In this document: positions 26,528 through 39,489 of the stretch, in pieces | Position numbering within the stretch: position 1 is the first letter of the stretch | How the letters are laid out: every line of letters begins with the position of its first letter | Assembly: GCF_009914755.1 (NCBI RefSeq) | Contig: NC_060929.1 | DNA: 64,000 nucleotides | Strand: one strand, 5' to 3' | From: the human T2T-CHM13v2.0 reference genome, Homo sapiens | The notes under the pieces: model-generated | Databases searched by the model: none | The model's input: only the letters and a program-made list of their open reading frames with translations | What the model was told of the DNA's origin: nothing | Position numbers and translations under genes: made by a program

Positions 26528-26900
26528 GGTCACAGGCTCCATTCTCTGGGAAGTCGACTCTGAGATGGAGTTTAGTAGGCTAGGGTGTTTATTCTGGAGT
26601 GCCCTTTGGAATAACATCTGTGGAAGGTAGAGAAACAGAGAAGGAGTGGGCAGAGGGAGAAATTGACTGGAGATGTAGCTCTTTAGAGAGACTCCATTGA
26701 TGGGGGGAGCTCTGGCTGGTCGGTGTTGTTCTGGATTGCCTGAAATGGCCAGGCTTTTACACCCAGACAGTGATCAGTCACTGGACATGGCCACCCTGGG
26801 CAGGTAGTGACCTTGGGCCAGGCAGCTGTATGTGAAAGCTCACTGCATACAGCATTCTCAACAGGGTGGGACAGATTCTTTCTAGAAGAGCAAACTATGT
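26528..26900 (-). mobile_element. LTR16-family (ERVL) solo LTR inserted in a plus-strand L2 (about 26200-27020)
   Basis: gactctgagatggag..tttatt..gggcagagggagaa..ggggagctctgg..cagtcactgga..accttgggccaggcagct. Confidence 0.75.
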
Positions 26901-27169
26901 CTACCAGGAGCTTCTAGAGGCACAGACCATGTCTTATTTATCTGTAAAGGCCCCATAGTGCCTAGCCCCATGCTCGACACATAATCAATTCTCAGCACAT
27001 CAATTAATGCTCAATGAATTACTCTCTATTTTCTGCCTAGAGGCTTATTTCTGACCATATAATGGATTCATTGTGGTCAAGAACATTTGGCCCTCTGGAC
27101 CTTATTGCTGGGCCTCTCACATTATAGGCGTGATTGATTTGACTCTCTTGTAGAGCTAATGTAGAGGTG

Positions 27170-27528
27170 TGTGCTTCATCCCTGGGTATGTGTCTGTTTG
27201 AGGTTGGCTGGAGGCTGTAGGTTGTCAAGGCACATATGTCATGGTTGGGTATGTGTATGTTGGCGTTGGTGTGGGTTGTGGCTGAGGAAATGGGGGTATG
27301 CATGTGATTTGGCTGAATATTCATGTTCTGGGTATGCAGGCGCATAACTTGTTGTGGATACTGAGTTATAGGGGGTGTGTGTCTTGGTTGGTGCATGTCT
27401 TGGTATGTTATGAGTAGATGTATAAGTTGGCCACGGGTGATATGAGTGTTTGTGGTGGTTGAGCTTGGGCATGGAGATTGGGGGATGAGGGGAGATGAAG
27501 TTGTTGGAATGTGTATGTTGTGAGGGCT

Positions 27529-27567
<39 letters not shown>

Positions 27568-27680
27568 TGCATTAGTGTGCATATCCATGCTTGGTGTGAG
27601 TGTGGTGGCCAGAGTGCATCTGCTGTGCCCCAGGGTGCTGGTGGTTGCATGGTAGTGGGGGTTGACCATGGGTGGGAGCC
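27170..27680. repeat. GT-rich low-complexity tract containing a (TG)n microsatellite at about 27529-27563
   Basis: Visible directly in the sequence. Confidence 0.9.
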
Positions 27681-27789
27681 GAGCCTTGAAACTGAAGGCT
27701 TCTCTCCTCTGGCATCTCGAGGGCTGAGCAGGTGCCATCCCCAGCCCTAGCAGCATGAAGTCCCTCCACTTTCCACAGACAGCAGTATC

Positions 27790-28350
27790 AGCCATAATTA
27801 AAGCTAATTATTCCACGGTGCTCTGCATGTGTGTCGGCCCCAAAGTACCCTGCAATGAGCAGGGAGGCAGCAGGGCCGTTTTTCTTCATAAAAACTTATG
27901 AGGAGCGCTGAGCAGATTAACAGCTTTAATGACAAAAATTACCGCTTACAACACTGACTTCAAATCAAAGAACAATATCCGCAGACAGATATTTTCATGG
28001 TTTTCATAACAATTCATTATAGGTGGCACCAAGGGATTACATTTTTATTTCCCCTGTGTCGTCTTTCTCAGACTCAGGTTCATTTCTCTTAATGAGGCGG
28101 TGGAAGATAAAGGGCAGAGACAGTGTCTCCATGGTGGCTGCCGAGCGAGAGGCATTTAGGGTCACAGAGCCATCAGAGCAGGAGGGGAGGGGCTGAGGAG
28201 AGAGGGATGGGAGTAAGAGGCTTCCTGCCATAATGAACCAAAATTAAGACATAAATTCTCCCACCTTTGTTCCGACAGCTCCAACTCGGGGATTCAGCTT
28301 TTTAATGAGGAATGGATCAGAAGCAAAAATTATTATCTAATTAATTGTAC
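27790..28350. promoter_or_regulatory. Candidate conserved developmental enhancer
   Basis: TAATTA x2 (27795, 27805), CATAAAA (27887), adjacent ATCAAAG+AACAAT (27964-27976), AGATAA (28105), TAATTAATTG (28338); repeat-free with retained CpGs. Confidence 0.55.
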
Positions 28351-28696
28351 AGAGAACAAAAAAACATCTTGCAGGAAGGATTGGGAGTGGGAGCTGTCCC
28401 ATCCCAGTCCTTCAGAAGCAGGACTGAAGGGAAGGCTCCCCAGCCTGCATGACGGTGTTGGGGAAGTGAGGATGCTGGCAGCGCTGGGTCCTGTTCGCCA
28501 GGCCGGCTTGGTGAGGTGGAACATGGTGGGGCGTCAAAGAGCATCTTAGGAAGGGCCTCCCATAATGCCTGCTTGCTGCTTTCCTTTGGATTTCCACAAA
28601 GTGGCATTCTGGCTAAGCCAGACATTGCAGAACCACTTGAAGAGTCTAGTGTTGTGTTTCTAATGGTATGGCTCCTGGCCCCTGAACCAGTGGAAC

Positions 28697-28872
28697 AGTG
28701 GCATTCAAATTTAGGTGTTCATACAAATCACCCTGGAAGCTTGAAAAAGTGTAGCCTCCTGGCATCACCCCTATAGAATCTGATTCATCAGGTCTGGGTG
28801 TGAGCCCAGGATCGGCATTTAAAACAAACATGCTGAGTGATTTTGCTGCCCACTAAAGATAAACAGCCATTG
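28697..28872. mobile_element. MER5A
   Basis: cagtgg..aatcaccctgga..atctgattcatcaggtctggg..agtgatt..ccattg termini. Confidence 0.8.
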
Positions 28873-29504
28873 GCCTAGTGCTCAGAATCAGGAGTTCTAT
28901 TCCATTTCACACTGTCCCCAGATTCTGCATGTGACTTTGGGCTGTGTACTTCCCTATTTTGTGTCTGTGTCTTGCTTTCCTCGTCAGTGCACTGAGGGTG
29001 ATAATACTAGCTGAGAAATTACTTTGAGATGAATGCCTCATTTGCTTTCATTGCTTGTAAAACCCAAATTAAATCTTGGAAATCTTGGCATACTCTTTAT
29101 AATCCATTCAGATATCTAACAGGTTTATAAATAATAATAATTAAAATAGAAAAATATATTGCTTGTCATCAGTTTTTCACTTTGAGTTTGGTCTCTAGTT
29201 TTTTTATGACTATTTTCCTTGGTATTGGTAAGGTAGAGATTTTTAAAAGTTTTATTGTGGAACTTCAGAAATAGAGATAACGAAATGACTGTGGTGAAGT
29301 ATGAGAAAAGGCAGATGGGTCTATAGTGCATTTAGAATGCAGCAGATGACGTCTGAGTGTCTTGATTAGAATTTTTCAGACTATACATCTCCACCTATCA
29401 ATTTCAACAGGTCAAGGAACATTAACATGGCAACTGTCTGCGAGGGGCTAATGCAACTGTACACCATCATCTTTGTATATTAGGCAATAAACGATCCGGC
29501 ACCA

Positions 29505-29770
29505 TAAGGTTCTGATTGTAGCTTGACTATGTGCCAGACACTGTGTTAGGTGTTGACTCAATGGAGATAAATAAGACACATTCTTTGCCATTAAGAGGCT
29601 CATGGTCTAGAGGAAAGTAGGTAGAGGAACATATAATCATAACGCCTGTGGTCATGCATGCTGGATACCATGGGGGGTACAGAGGAAGGACACTTCACTC
29701 TTCTTGGGAAGCAGAGCGAGGCAATGTGGAGGCATTGGGAGAATGGCATCGCATTGGAAGGCAATTAAGG
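29505..29770 (-). mobile_element. L2 3' fragment
   Basis: actatgtgccagacactgtgttagg..ataaataagacaca..gctcatggtctag. Confidence 0.75.
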
Positions 29771-29999
29771 TAGATTCTAACTGGCGGGACCTACACTTGG
29801 CAATATAGTCAAATGGGTAAAGACTATGGCACATCCTCCATCTCTGGTTTTAACGATTTTCTTACTACTTCAGGTGCCTCCTGACCTCATAGAAACCCTG
29901 GAACTCAGATACCCAGGGATTCCTCTGCTGCTCAACACCACCAGAACATGATCCTCTCATCACTACCATTTGCAAAGAATGTCTCTTAACCACAAATAT

Positions 30000-30560
30000 T
30001 ACCTGTGCTCTGCCCTCATCTCTTGTCTGACATGATGCTTAGGGACAACTTTAACTCTTCTCTCTTCACCTATGACATTAAACCATCACCAACACTCCTT
30101 GCTTCTATCTCTAAAATATCTCTTGATGCTTTTCTCCCTCCCTCTTGCCTTCTCCATCACCCTACCTCAGGGTCTCATCATCTCTCATCGAGATTCTTGA
30201 TAACAACCTTAAGACAGCTTTTGGCCTCTACTTTTTCTACCATTTGGTACATTCTTGACTTGGCCACATATAAGTTTATTTAAAATAGAAATATGAAGAT
30301 TTATTCCTTTTCCTGTATTTGTTGGATAAGTGTAACCACTTCTATGTAATCTTAGAGGCCATGCATGTTCTGACCCAAATCCTATCTTTCTGGGATTAAC
30401 TTCTGCTATGTTCTGGCTTTAGCCATGAGGAAGGCTCCAGTACTATCTCTCCTGAGCCACTTGGCATTTTCTGAGCATGCAGTATACTTCCATCCTTGGC
30501 TAATATGATCGCGTCTGCTGAGAATGCCTTCCAGACAAATTTATACACCTACTCCATCCT
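30000..30560 (+). mobile_element. L2 fragment
   Basis: ctcttctctcttcacc..ctatctctaaaatatctct..tcatcatctctc; pyrimidine-rich L2 body. Confidence 0.6.
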
Positions 30561-31035
30561 AGCAGAGCTGGAAATAAGATTGGATGCAAGTAGTATCTCC
30601 TCCGTCATGAGACCATGTGATGGATGAAGGGAAGTCTATATGACTTGGTCCACTGCTTGGTCTGAACAATTCAACACATCAAGTTATCTTTCACCACTTT
30701 ATTCTAACCATGTCCACCCCTGGTCCTATGATCAAGTAATGTGTTGGGTTTGTTGAATATTTGCAGTTGCTTTTGTGAAGTGTTTGAGTCCTTTTGGGCC
30801 TCTTCTATCATGCTGTTTGAATTGGATGAGTTTTTAAAAACTTAAATGCTCAACTTCATTGCCCACCTATTACAAATTATAATATTACTCGTAATAATTA
30901 TAACTTTATTGCAAATAAACATTTATTGAGTGCTTATGATGTCCCAGGCATCCTTCTAAATTACTTATAAGAAATTAACTCATAAAATTCTGACATTAGT
31001 CCTATGAGGTAGGTTCTCTTATTATCAGCATTAAA

Positions 31036-31396
31036 AAACTTTTATTTTAGGTTTGGGGGTACATGTGCAGGTTTATTATGTAGGTGAACTCTTGTCATGA
31101 GGGTCTGTTGTACAGAGTATTTTGCCACCCAGATACTAAGCCTAGTACCTAATAGTCATTTTTTCTGCTCCTCTCCCTCCTCCCACCCTCCACCCTTAAG
31201 GACCCCCCGGTGTCTCTTGTTCCCTTCTTTGTGTCCATGAGTTCTCATCATTTAGCTCCCACTTACAAATGATAACTTGTGGTATTTAGTTTTCTGTTCC
31301 TGTGTTACTTTGCTAAGGATAATGGCCTCTAGCTCCAACCATGTGCCTGCAAAGGACCGGATCTCATTCTTTTTTATGGCTGTATAGTATTTTATG
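31036..31396 (-). mobile_element. L1PA13-16-like 3' end inserted in a MIR (about 30920-31500)
   Basis: ggggtacatgtgcaggttt..ctaagcctagtacctaatag..ttctcatcatttagctcccactta; TSD ATTATCAGCATT / ATTATCACCATT. Confidence 0.92.
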
Positions 31397-32089
31397 ATTA
31401 TCACCATTTTAAAGATGAGGAAATTGGAACCACAGAGAGTTTAAATAGCTTGTCTAGGAAATAGTGGCGCCCTGGCTCCAGAAACTATACTCATGTATAC
31501 TAAGCCCATAATTATGTACAGGTGGATAGATATCTAGTAGGGATATTAGGTAGGCATCTAGATTCTGTCTGGTCTCAGCCACTTCCTCCCAGTCCCAGCA
31601 AAGTTCCCAAAAGAAGTGTACCCACAATAAAGCCAGGCAGATGGACAGGTTATTACCAGCTTGGGCTTTAGCCTCCCACCTTAGTGTAGAACTCTCTGGG
31701 CCAAAGGGAGGGCATCCTCTTCCTTAAGCAGAAGGAGACCCAGGCCTAGAATCTAAGCTGGCTAAGTGGCCTCCTTTGCCTAATTTCTGAACCCTTGTCT
31801 CTTCGAATCTTATTGCCCCACTGGTGAGGAAAGGTCAGTGGGGGAAGGAATAAGATAGAAAAAATAATAACAAGCATTTGTCTTGCTGTCTAGAGCACAG
31901 TTGATTTAGTCTACCTGGAGATAGGGTCTTCTAGAGAGAATTTGTTTATAGTATAGTGCATGTTTCTTATTATTTAAAAATTAATATTCACATATTTGTC
32001 TTTGGTATTGCATAGACTAGAGAACGATACAGGGTTCCTAAGAGGTCTCAATAAATTTTTATAGAAATAAATTCCAGATTCTGTAAGTG

Positions 32090-33160
<1,071 letters not shown>

Positions 33161-33421
33161 CAGTATTCGGAGCAGATTTGGAGCAAGGTGAAAACCTGGA
33201 AGGGAGCCAGGGACAGAATGATAAAAGTCTCTGTCCTGTTCTCATGAAGCCCTCAAGCATCCTGCTGGCATCTGCTCGGAGGTTGTCTCTTCAGCATGGC
33301 CTTGTCCTGAGCACTTGATCCTAGGTGGGCCTGCCCTGTTTCTCTCTCCATAGCATCCTGTTTGGTTTCTTTTATTGCATTTTCATAATCATTTTATTTA
33401 TTGGTGTGTGTGCCTGTTTAG

Positions 33422-33841
<420 letters not shown>

Positions 33842-34751
33842 CAGTAAGTATTTGCTGAGTTACTAAATGAAGGAATGAATGGACACATCTTCTTCATGAC
33901 TCTTACATCCCAGAACCCAGTGACAATAGTTGTTATCGATAAGAGGAGCAACATCCACAATGGCCTTATTCATTAGCACGATGACATGGCTCCATCAGGG
34001 CAGTTAGGGCAGCAAGAGAGCAAGGTGGGCTGCATGAAATTAGTGGAAAGAAGAGAGGGGTGCCTCCTACTTAGGACAGCTATGTGATGCTGGCAAGTGG
34101 GCATTCTCCTTGGTATGGTGGAAGGTGTCAGTTTGTCAGATTTATGGTGAAGGCTCTTCTATTGCCACATGGAAACTAGGGGTGGAAGAGGACTGTCAAC
34201 CATTATTATGAACCCTGGTAAAAGTCCATGCTTCCTCTGCAAGGAAGACTATGACATTAGAGGTACAGAGCGTGAAATGGTAGCAAGAAATTTGGAGAGC
34301 TAGGTTCTTGTAGACCTGGCAGATAGCCGTGTGTGTGTCTTTGTTGTAGACACTTTACCTCTCTGAGTCTTTGTTTTGTCATTAGAAAAGGGATGACATT
34401 GAACGGATTTCTGAGGGTCCCTTGTGTGTATCACTGAATAAGACTGTATAAAATAGGGGGTTTATAGGGCTTGGCTGGAGTAATGCTTTAATCTGATTTC
34501 CAGCCACCCTCAAAAGGGTCCCAACTTAAGGCATGGCACAGATTCACAATGTGGGTCTGTTTATGGATGAAAGGCTAATGTGGTGTGATAAAGGGTAATC
34601 TCAGCAGCTTGCCATAGGAAAGCATCAGATTCTCCCACAGCCAATGACATGCACGAAATGCTCATATACGTGCATAGGTAAATTCTAACTCTGCCATTTA
34701 CTAGCTGGTGACCCTGGACAAGTTTCTAAGTCTCAGCTTTCTTTTCTATAA

Positions 34752-35134
<383 letters not shown>

Positions 35135-36469
35135 TAAGAGGATGCATGAAAAGCACCTAGAATGCTGTCTGTTCCATACTCACTGCCCTATAATCATCAA
35201 CCTTTATAATTTAAAGTTGTATCAGCTACAGTTACAGAGTGAAGACCATGTGCAAGGGTGGCATGGGTTAGCCATGGTCCTTAAAACAGAGTGTTCTCTG
35301 GAAGTAGTTGAGAGTTCTTTAAGGGGCTGCTGTCATGCTAAAGCGCTTCCTACTCGAGAGAAGGGCCTCTTGCCTCTCTCAATGTCCTTTAAAATCTAGG
35401 ACAAAATAGAGGATTTGAATTCAACGATGTACATATAATTATTAAAGCCACCTGCCACCTTCTACATCCTTTACCTCCATCATCTCCTTTAAGCCCCACA
35501 ACAACCTTTGTGAAGTCAGTTTTCTTCTTTGCCTGTGCAGCAGAGGTTAGGCAAGATAACCTGCCTGAGCAAGCAGCACTGCCAGGATGGGCACTGAGGT
35601 CTGTCTGACTCCAAGCCCATTCCTTTAACTACCAGGCTACACAGTACTTTGTGACTGTTAGTTGACTTTCTCTAAGCTCTACATTCCTGTGTTTATATTC
35701 CTATTGTTTCTCTTCTGTGGCAGGTTCATGGGTTGCAGGGGCTGGGAGTCAGTCGTCTGTATTCCCAATGGATGTTCTGGGCCCCTCTCCCATCGGTTTC
35801 AGCTTTAGCTGCAAACCGTGTGTAGGGTCTTTATGAGTCCTCCTGATGCTTCCAAATGAGAGAAGGGACCCTGAGCTCAGGCCAGCATGGACTGGCCACA
35901 GAGCGTGGGAAAATTATCAGCAAGAGACAAAATAATTTTTTCTCCCTCAAGAAGTGTTTTTGCAGGGTTGCATTTTCCGATGTGTCCAGCACGTTTTTTG
36001 TTAATCTGCTCCTGGTGGCTGTGTCGAGGAGAGTGGGATAGGGATATTTTATCTACCCCAAACAATTCATCAAACAAACAGGGGGGGGATCAGAGATAGC
36101 CTCCCACACAGAAAAGTCAACAGTGTTCCCTTTGTCTTAGGCCACACACACAAACCGTGTCTGTGAAAGGTAGGAGAGGTCATCTTGATGTTCCATGGAT
36201 GGCAGCAGGAACCACGTCCTTTCCTTTACCCCTTCCTGGCCCCCAGGGTGGCCTGGAGGTCTTCGAGGCTGGTTGGGAGGAATGGTGGGAACTAAATGAA
36301 TGTCAGGGGGAAGGCAGAAGCCGGGCACGGGGAGAGTCTGAGCTTCTGTGGGGAGGACTGGCTTGGTTTCTGGGAAAGCATTGGAGAGTAAAGACAAGAA
36401 GGTCCCTCAAGAACTTGCCGACTTCCCTCTGCTTTGGGACAGAAAATGTCATCTTGATGCTGCCAGCAA

Positions 36470-36800
36470 TGCTCCCTGAGCACTTTCAAAGTGCCAATTG
36501 TGACGCTAAAGGCCTACATACGCTATCTTATTTCATCTTCACAGCAGTCCCAAGAGGCAGGGACAAATTAAGGTCCCAATTTCTGAACTGGCAACTAAGA
36601 CACAGAGAGGTTAAGTCACTGATGTGAGGGCACACAGCTAGAAAGCAGGGAAGGCAGGATTTGGATGTAGACAATCTGATTCCAGTCCTACACTCAGAGG
36701 CCCAGAGGACCTCTGATTTGCTCACCTCCTCAAAGCTAGTTAAGGGGCAGAATTGGAATTCATGCCTTCTGACTTTCCATTTTTCTCACCATGTCACATT
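36470..36800 (-). mobile_element. MIR fragments
   Basis: ttatttcatcttcacagcagtcc..aactaagacacagagaggttaagtcact..cacacagctagaaag. Confidence 0.75.
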
Positions 36801-38046
36801 GCCTTTTGATTTAAACTGTCATAGACATAATATATTAAAGGAGCAAAGCAGAAATCCAAACTAGTCTCATTCATCCAAACTATTCTCCCAAATAAGTGGA
36901 CAAGCTTGGTGGTTTTTCTTAAACAGTTTCAAAAAGCAATCAAGGTGATTTTTTTTTTTTGTTAAACTCTCTTAGAATTATTTTTTCTCTGAATATGAAA
37001 GTCATACAAACCCATTGTAAAAAATTTGGAAAATAAAATGAAAATAATAATGACCCGTAATCCCGCCACCCAGAGATTTAGCATTTCAGCATAATTTAGA
37101 AAACATCATTGATATCAGAATATGTATTTAAGTCTTATATTTTATATCCAATTGGAAATTGTATTCTCAATGACAAGTAGGTTTTAATTCTAATGCCCAT
37201 CTGAATGATGGGCATTCAGAAGGGTTCTGAGGCCTCATAGGCTTCTTGGTGTTGTGATTAACTAATGATGGTTGCTATTGTGTATGGTTGAGGATTGAAT
37301 CAGGGGAAGCTCAAGGATGCATCATGGCTGCAGTCTGTTTGAAGACATTTTGATGCCAATTTTATTTCCAGGAATAAGGATGTTGAGACAAGCTAAAGGC
37401 TTACACTTTTATATTGATGAGGTTTTCCTGGTGGCCTGGATTAGAGACAGGATTTTCCTTGTTGCCAACACTCCATGTGTCCAAAGGATATGGGTCACCT
37501 CTTGATAGGTCTGTAGAAGTTCCCACCCCTGGGGCTGGAGGGGCTGGCTGCCGTTTTCATATACTCAGCCCAGGGTACTTCCCTCCTGGAGACTGAATAG
37601 AGTGCTTTGCAGAGTTTGTCAACCCCACCTTACACCAGCCCTTGTTTGTCTGGATGCTTGTTTGTCATCTTGCACATGGTCATCTGAATGATGGAGGGAG
37701 GAAGTGAATTGCTGTCTGAAGTCAGGCCTTTCCTGCTGTTTATTAGTTTTATTAAATCACTGAAGTAGTAGTCATTGGAGCCTTTGGTCTGGAAGGGACC
37801 TGCAGGTACATTTCAAAGCCCTTATTTTATAGAGAGGCAACCAAATCTCACATAGAGGAGGTGACATTATCAAATCATCAACTAGGGGTGGAGCCAGGCC
37901 TGGGGTCTAGTTCTCCTTCTGTGTTCAGTTCTTCTCCCTGCTTGTTGATTTGTTTTGAAAACCATGGCATTGCATTTTTTTTAATAAGGAGAAAAAGACA
38001 GTGATGAATAGATTTGATGTATAGATTTAGAATGTTATAGAAATGA

Positions 38047-38413
<367 letters not shown>

Positions 38414-38816
38414 TGACCAGTTTCTAGACTAAAACTTAGATCATGCAGTCAAAGAGTTATTTGATTTATAAATTTACTTTTAAATTAGGTCTTATAAAGT
38501 TTTAAAATAAAATCATGTTTAGTTATGAAATGAGAGCTAACACTCATTGAGTAAATACTGTTTTAGGGTTTTTACATGATTTTACTTTTTCCACTACTTG
38601 TTAGGTAAGTATTGGGAATATTTTTACTCTACAGTTGAAAAAACTAAGTCTTAGTGAAATTAATGGACTTAACAAAAGTCAATCAATACTTGTCTTTCCA
38701 ACTCAGAAATCCGTGATCTTATTCACTATACTACGTTGCTTCCCAGTTCATGTTGACATATACATATATTAGATATAATTTGGGAATCAAGTGATTTACT
38801 GAAAAGAATAGGACTA

Positions 38817-39056
38817 CAGTTATCACTTGAATAGCAAGTGTTTGAACTGTGCAGGTCCGCTTATGTGCAGATTTTTTTCAACCGAACACCTGTCGAAAAT
38901 ACAGTATTCACAGAATGCAAAGCCTGCATATGGAGAGGACTGACTTATGCTATATTTGGGTTCCACAGGGCCAACTGCAGGACTTGAGTATCCACTGATT
39001 TTGGTATTCACCAAAGGTCCTGGAACCAATCCCCTGTGTATACCAAGGGATGGCTG
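38817..39056 (-). mobile_element. MER8 (TcMar-Tigger MITE), full length
   Basis: CAG..CTG termini flanked by TA on both sides; 240 bp; ggtcctggaaccaatcccc..tacc.aggga. Confidence 0.9.
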
Positions 39057-39413
39057 TACGTTAAATTATATATATTGGGAGTATAAGGTTATAATCACCA
39101 TGACTGAATATATTCTGATCATTGGTCCTGATTTACTGTAAAGCTGGTACCTGGTTCCAGGTCCCTCAAAATCAGATATAACAATGCTTAGGAGTCTTGA
39201 TGCCACTTATGTATATTGTGATGGACTGACATAGGTTGACATTTGAGCTTTCCAGTGTTCATACTCTTACCCAAAGCACAGTCTCCATTCAGTGGGCTTT
39301 AGAGTTGATTGTATTCACAAAGGAGAGGGGTGAGGTGGCAGGAAACAGGGTTAACCCATTTTGAAGTCCCTTTTATTAGTTCAGGACTATGTTCCTCTTG
39401 AGGTGCTGACCAT

Positions 39414-39489
39414 CTCATCAGAAGCCCTGGTAACTTAATTATTAGAATGAATTTGCTCATCAGAAGCCCTGGTAACTTAATTATTAGAA
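39414..39489 (+). repeat. Perfect 34-bp direct duplication with an 8-bp spacer
   Basis: CTCATCAGAAGCCCTGGTAACTTAATTATTAGAA at 39414-39447 and 39456-39489. Confidence 0.95.

Noticed and set aside
27037-27795. Longest ORF (252 aa, minus strand, His/Thr/Pro-rich)
   Set aside because: It is the translation of the CA-rich low-complexity strand, which is naturally poor in stop codons; no recognisable domain
36157-36627. 156-aa ORF
   Set aside because: The C-terminal third is MIR-derived, it has a non-ATG start, and I recognise no homology
39414-39489. 34-bp repeat-spacer-repeat as a CRISPR-like array
   Set aside because: Only two copies, an 8-bp spacer, primate DNA and no cas genes
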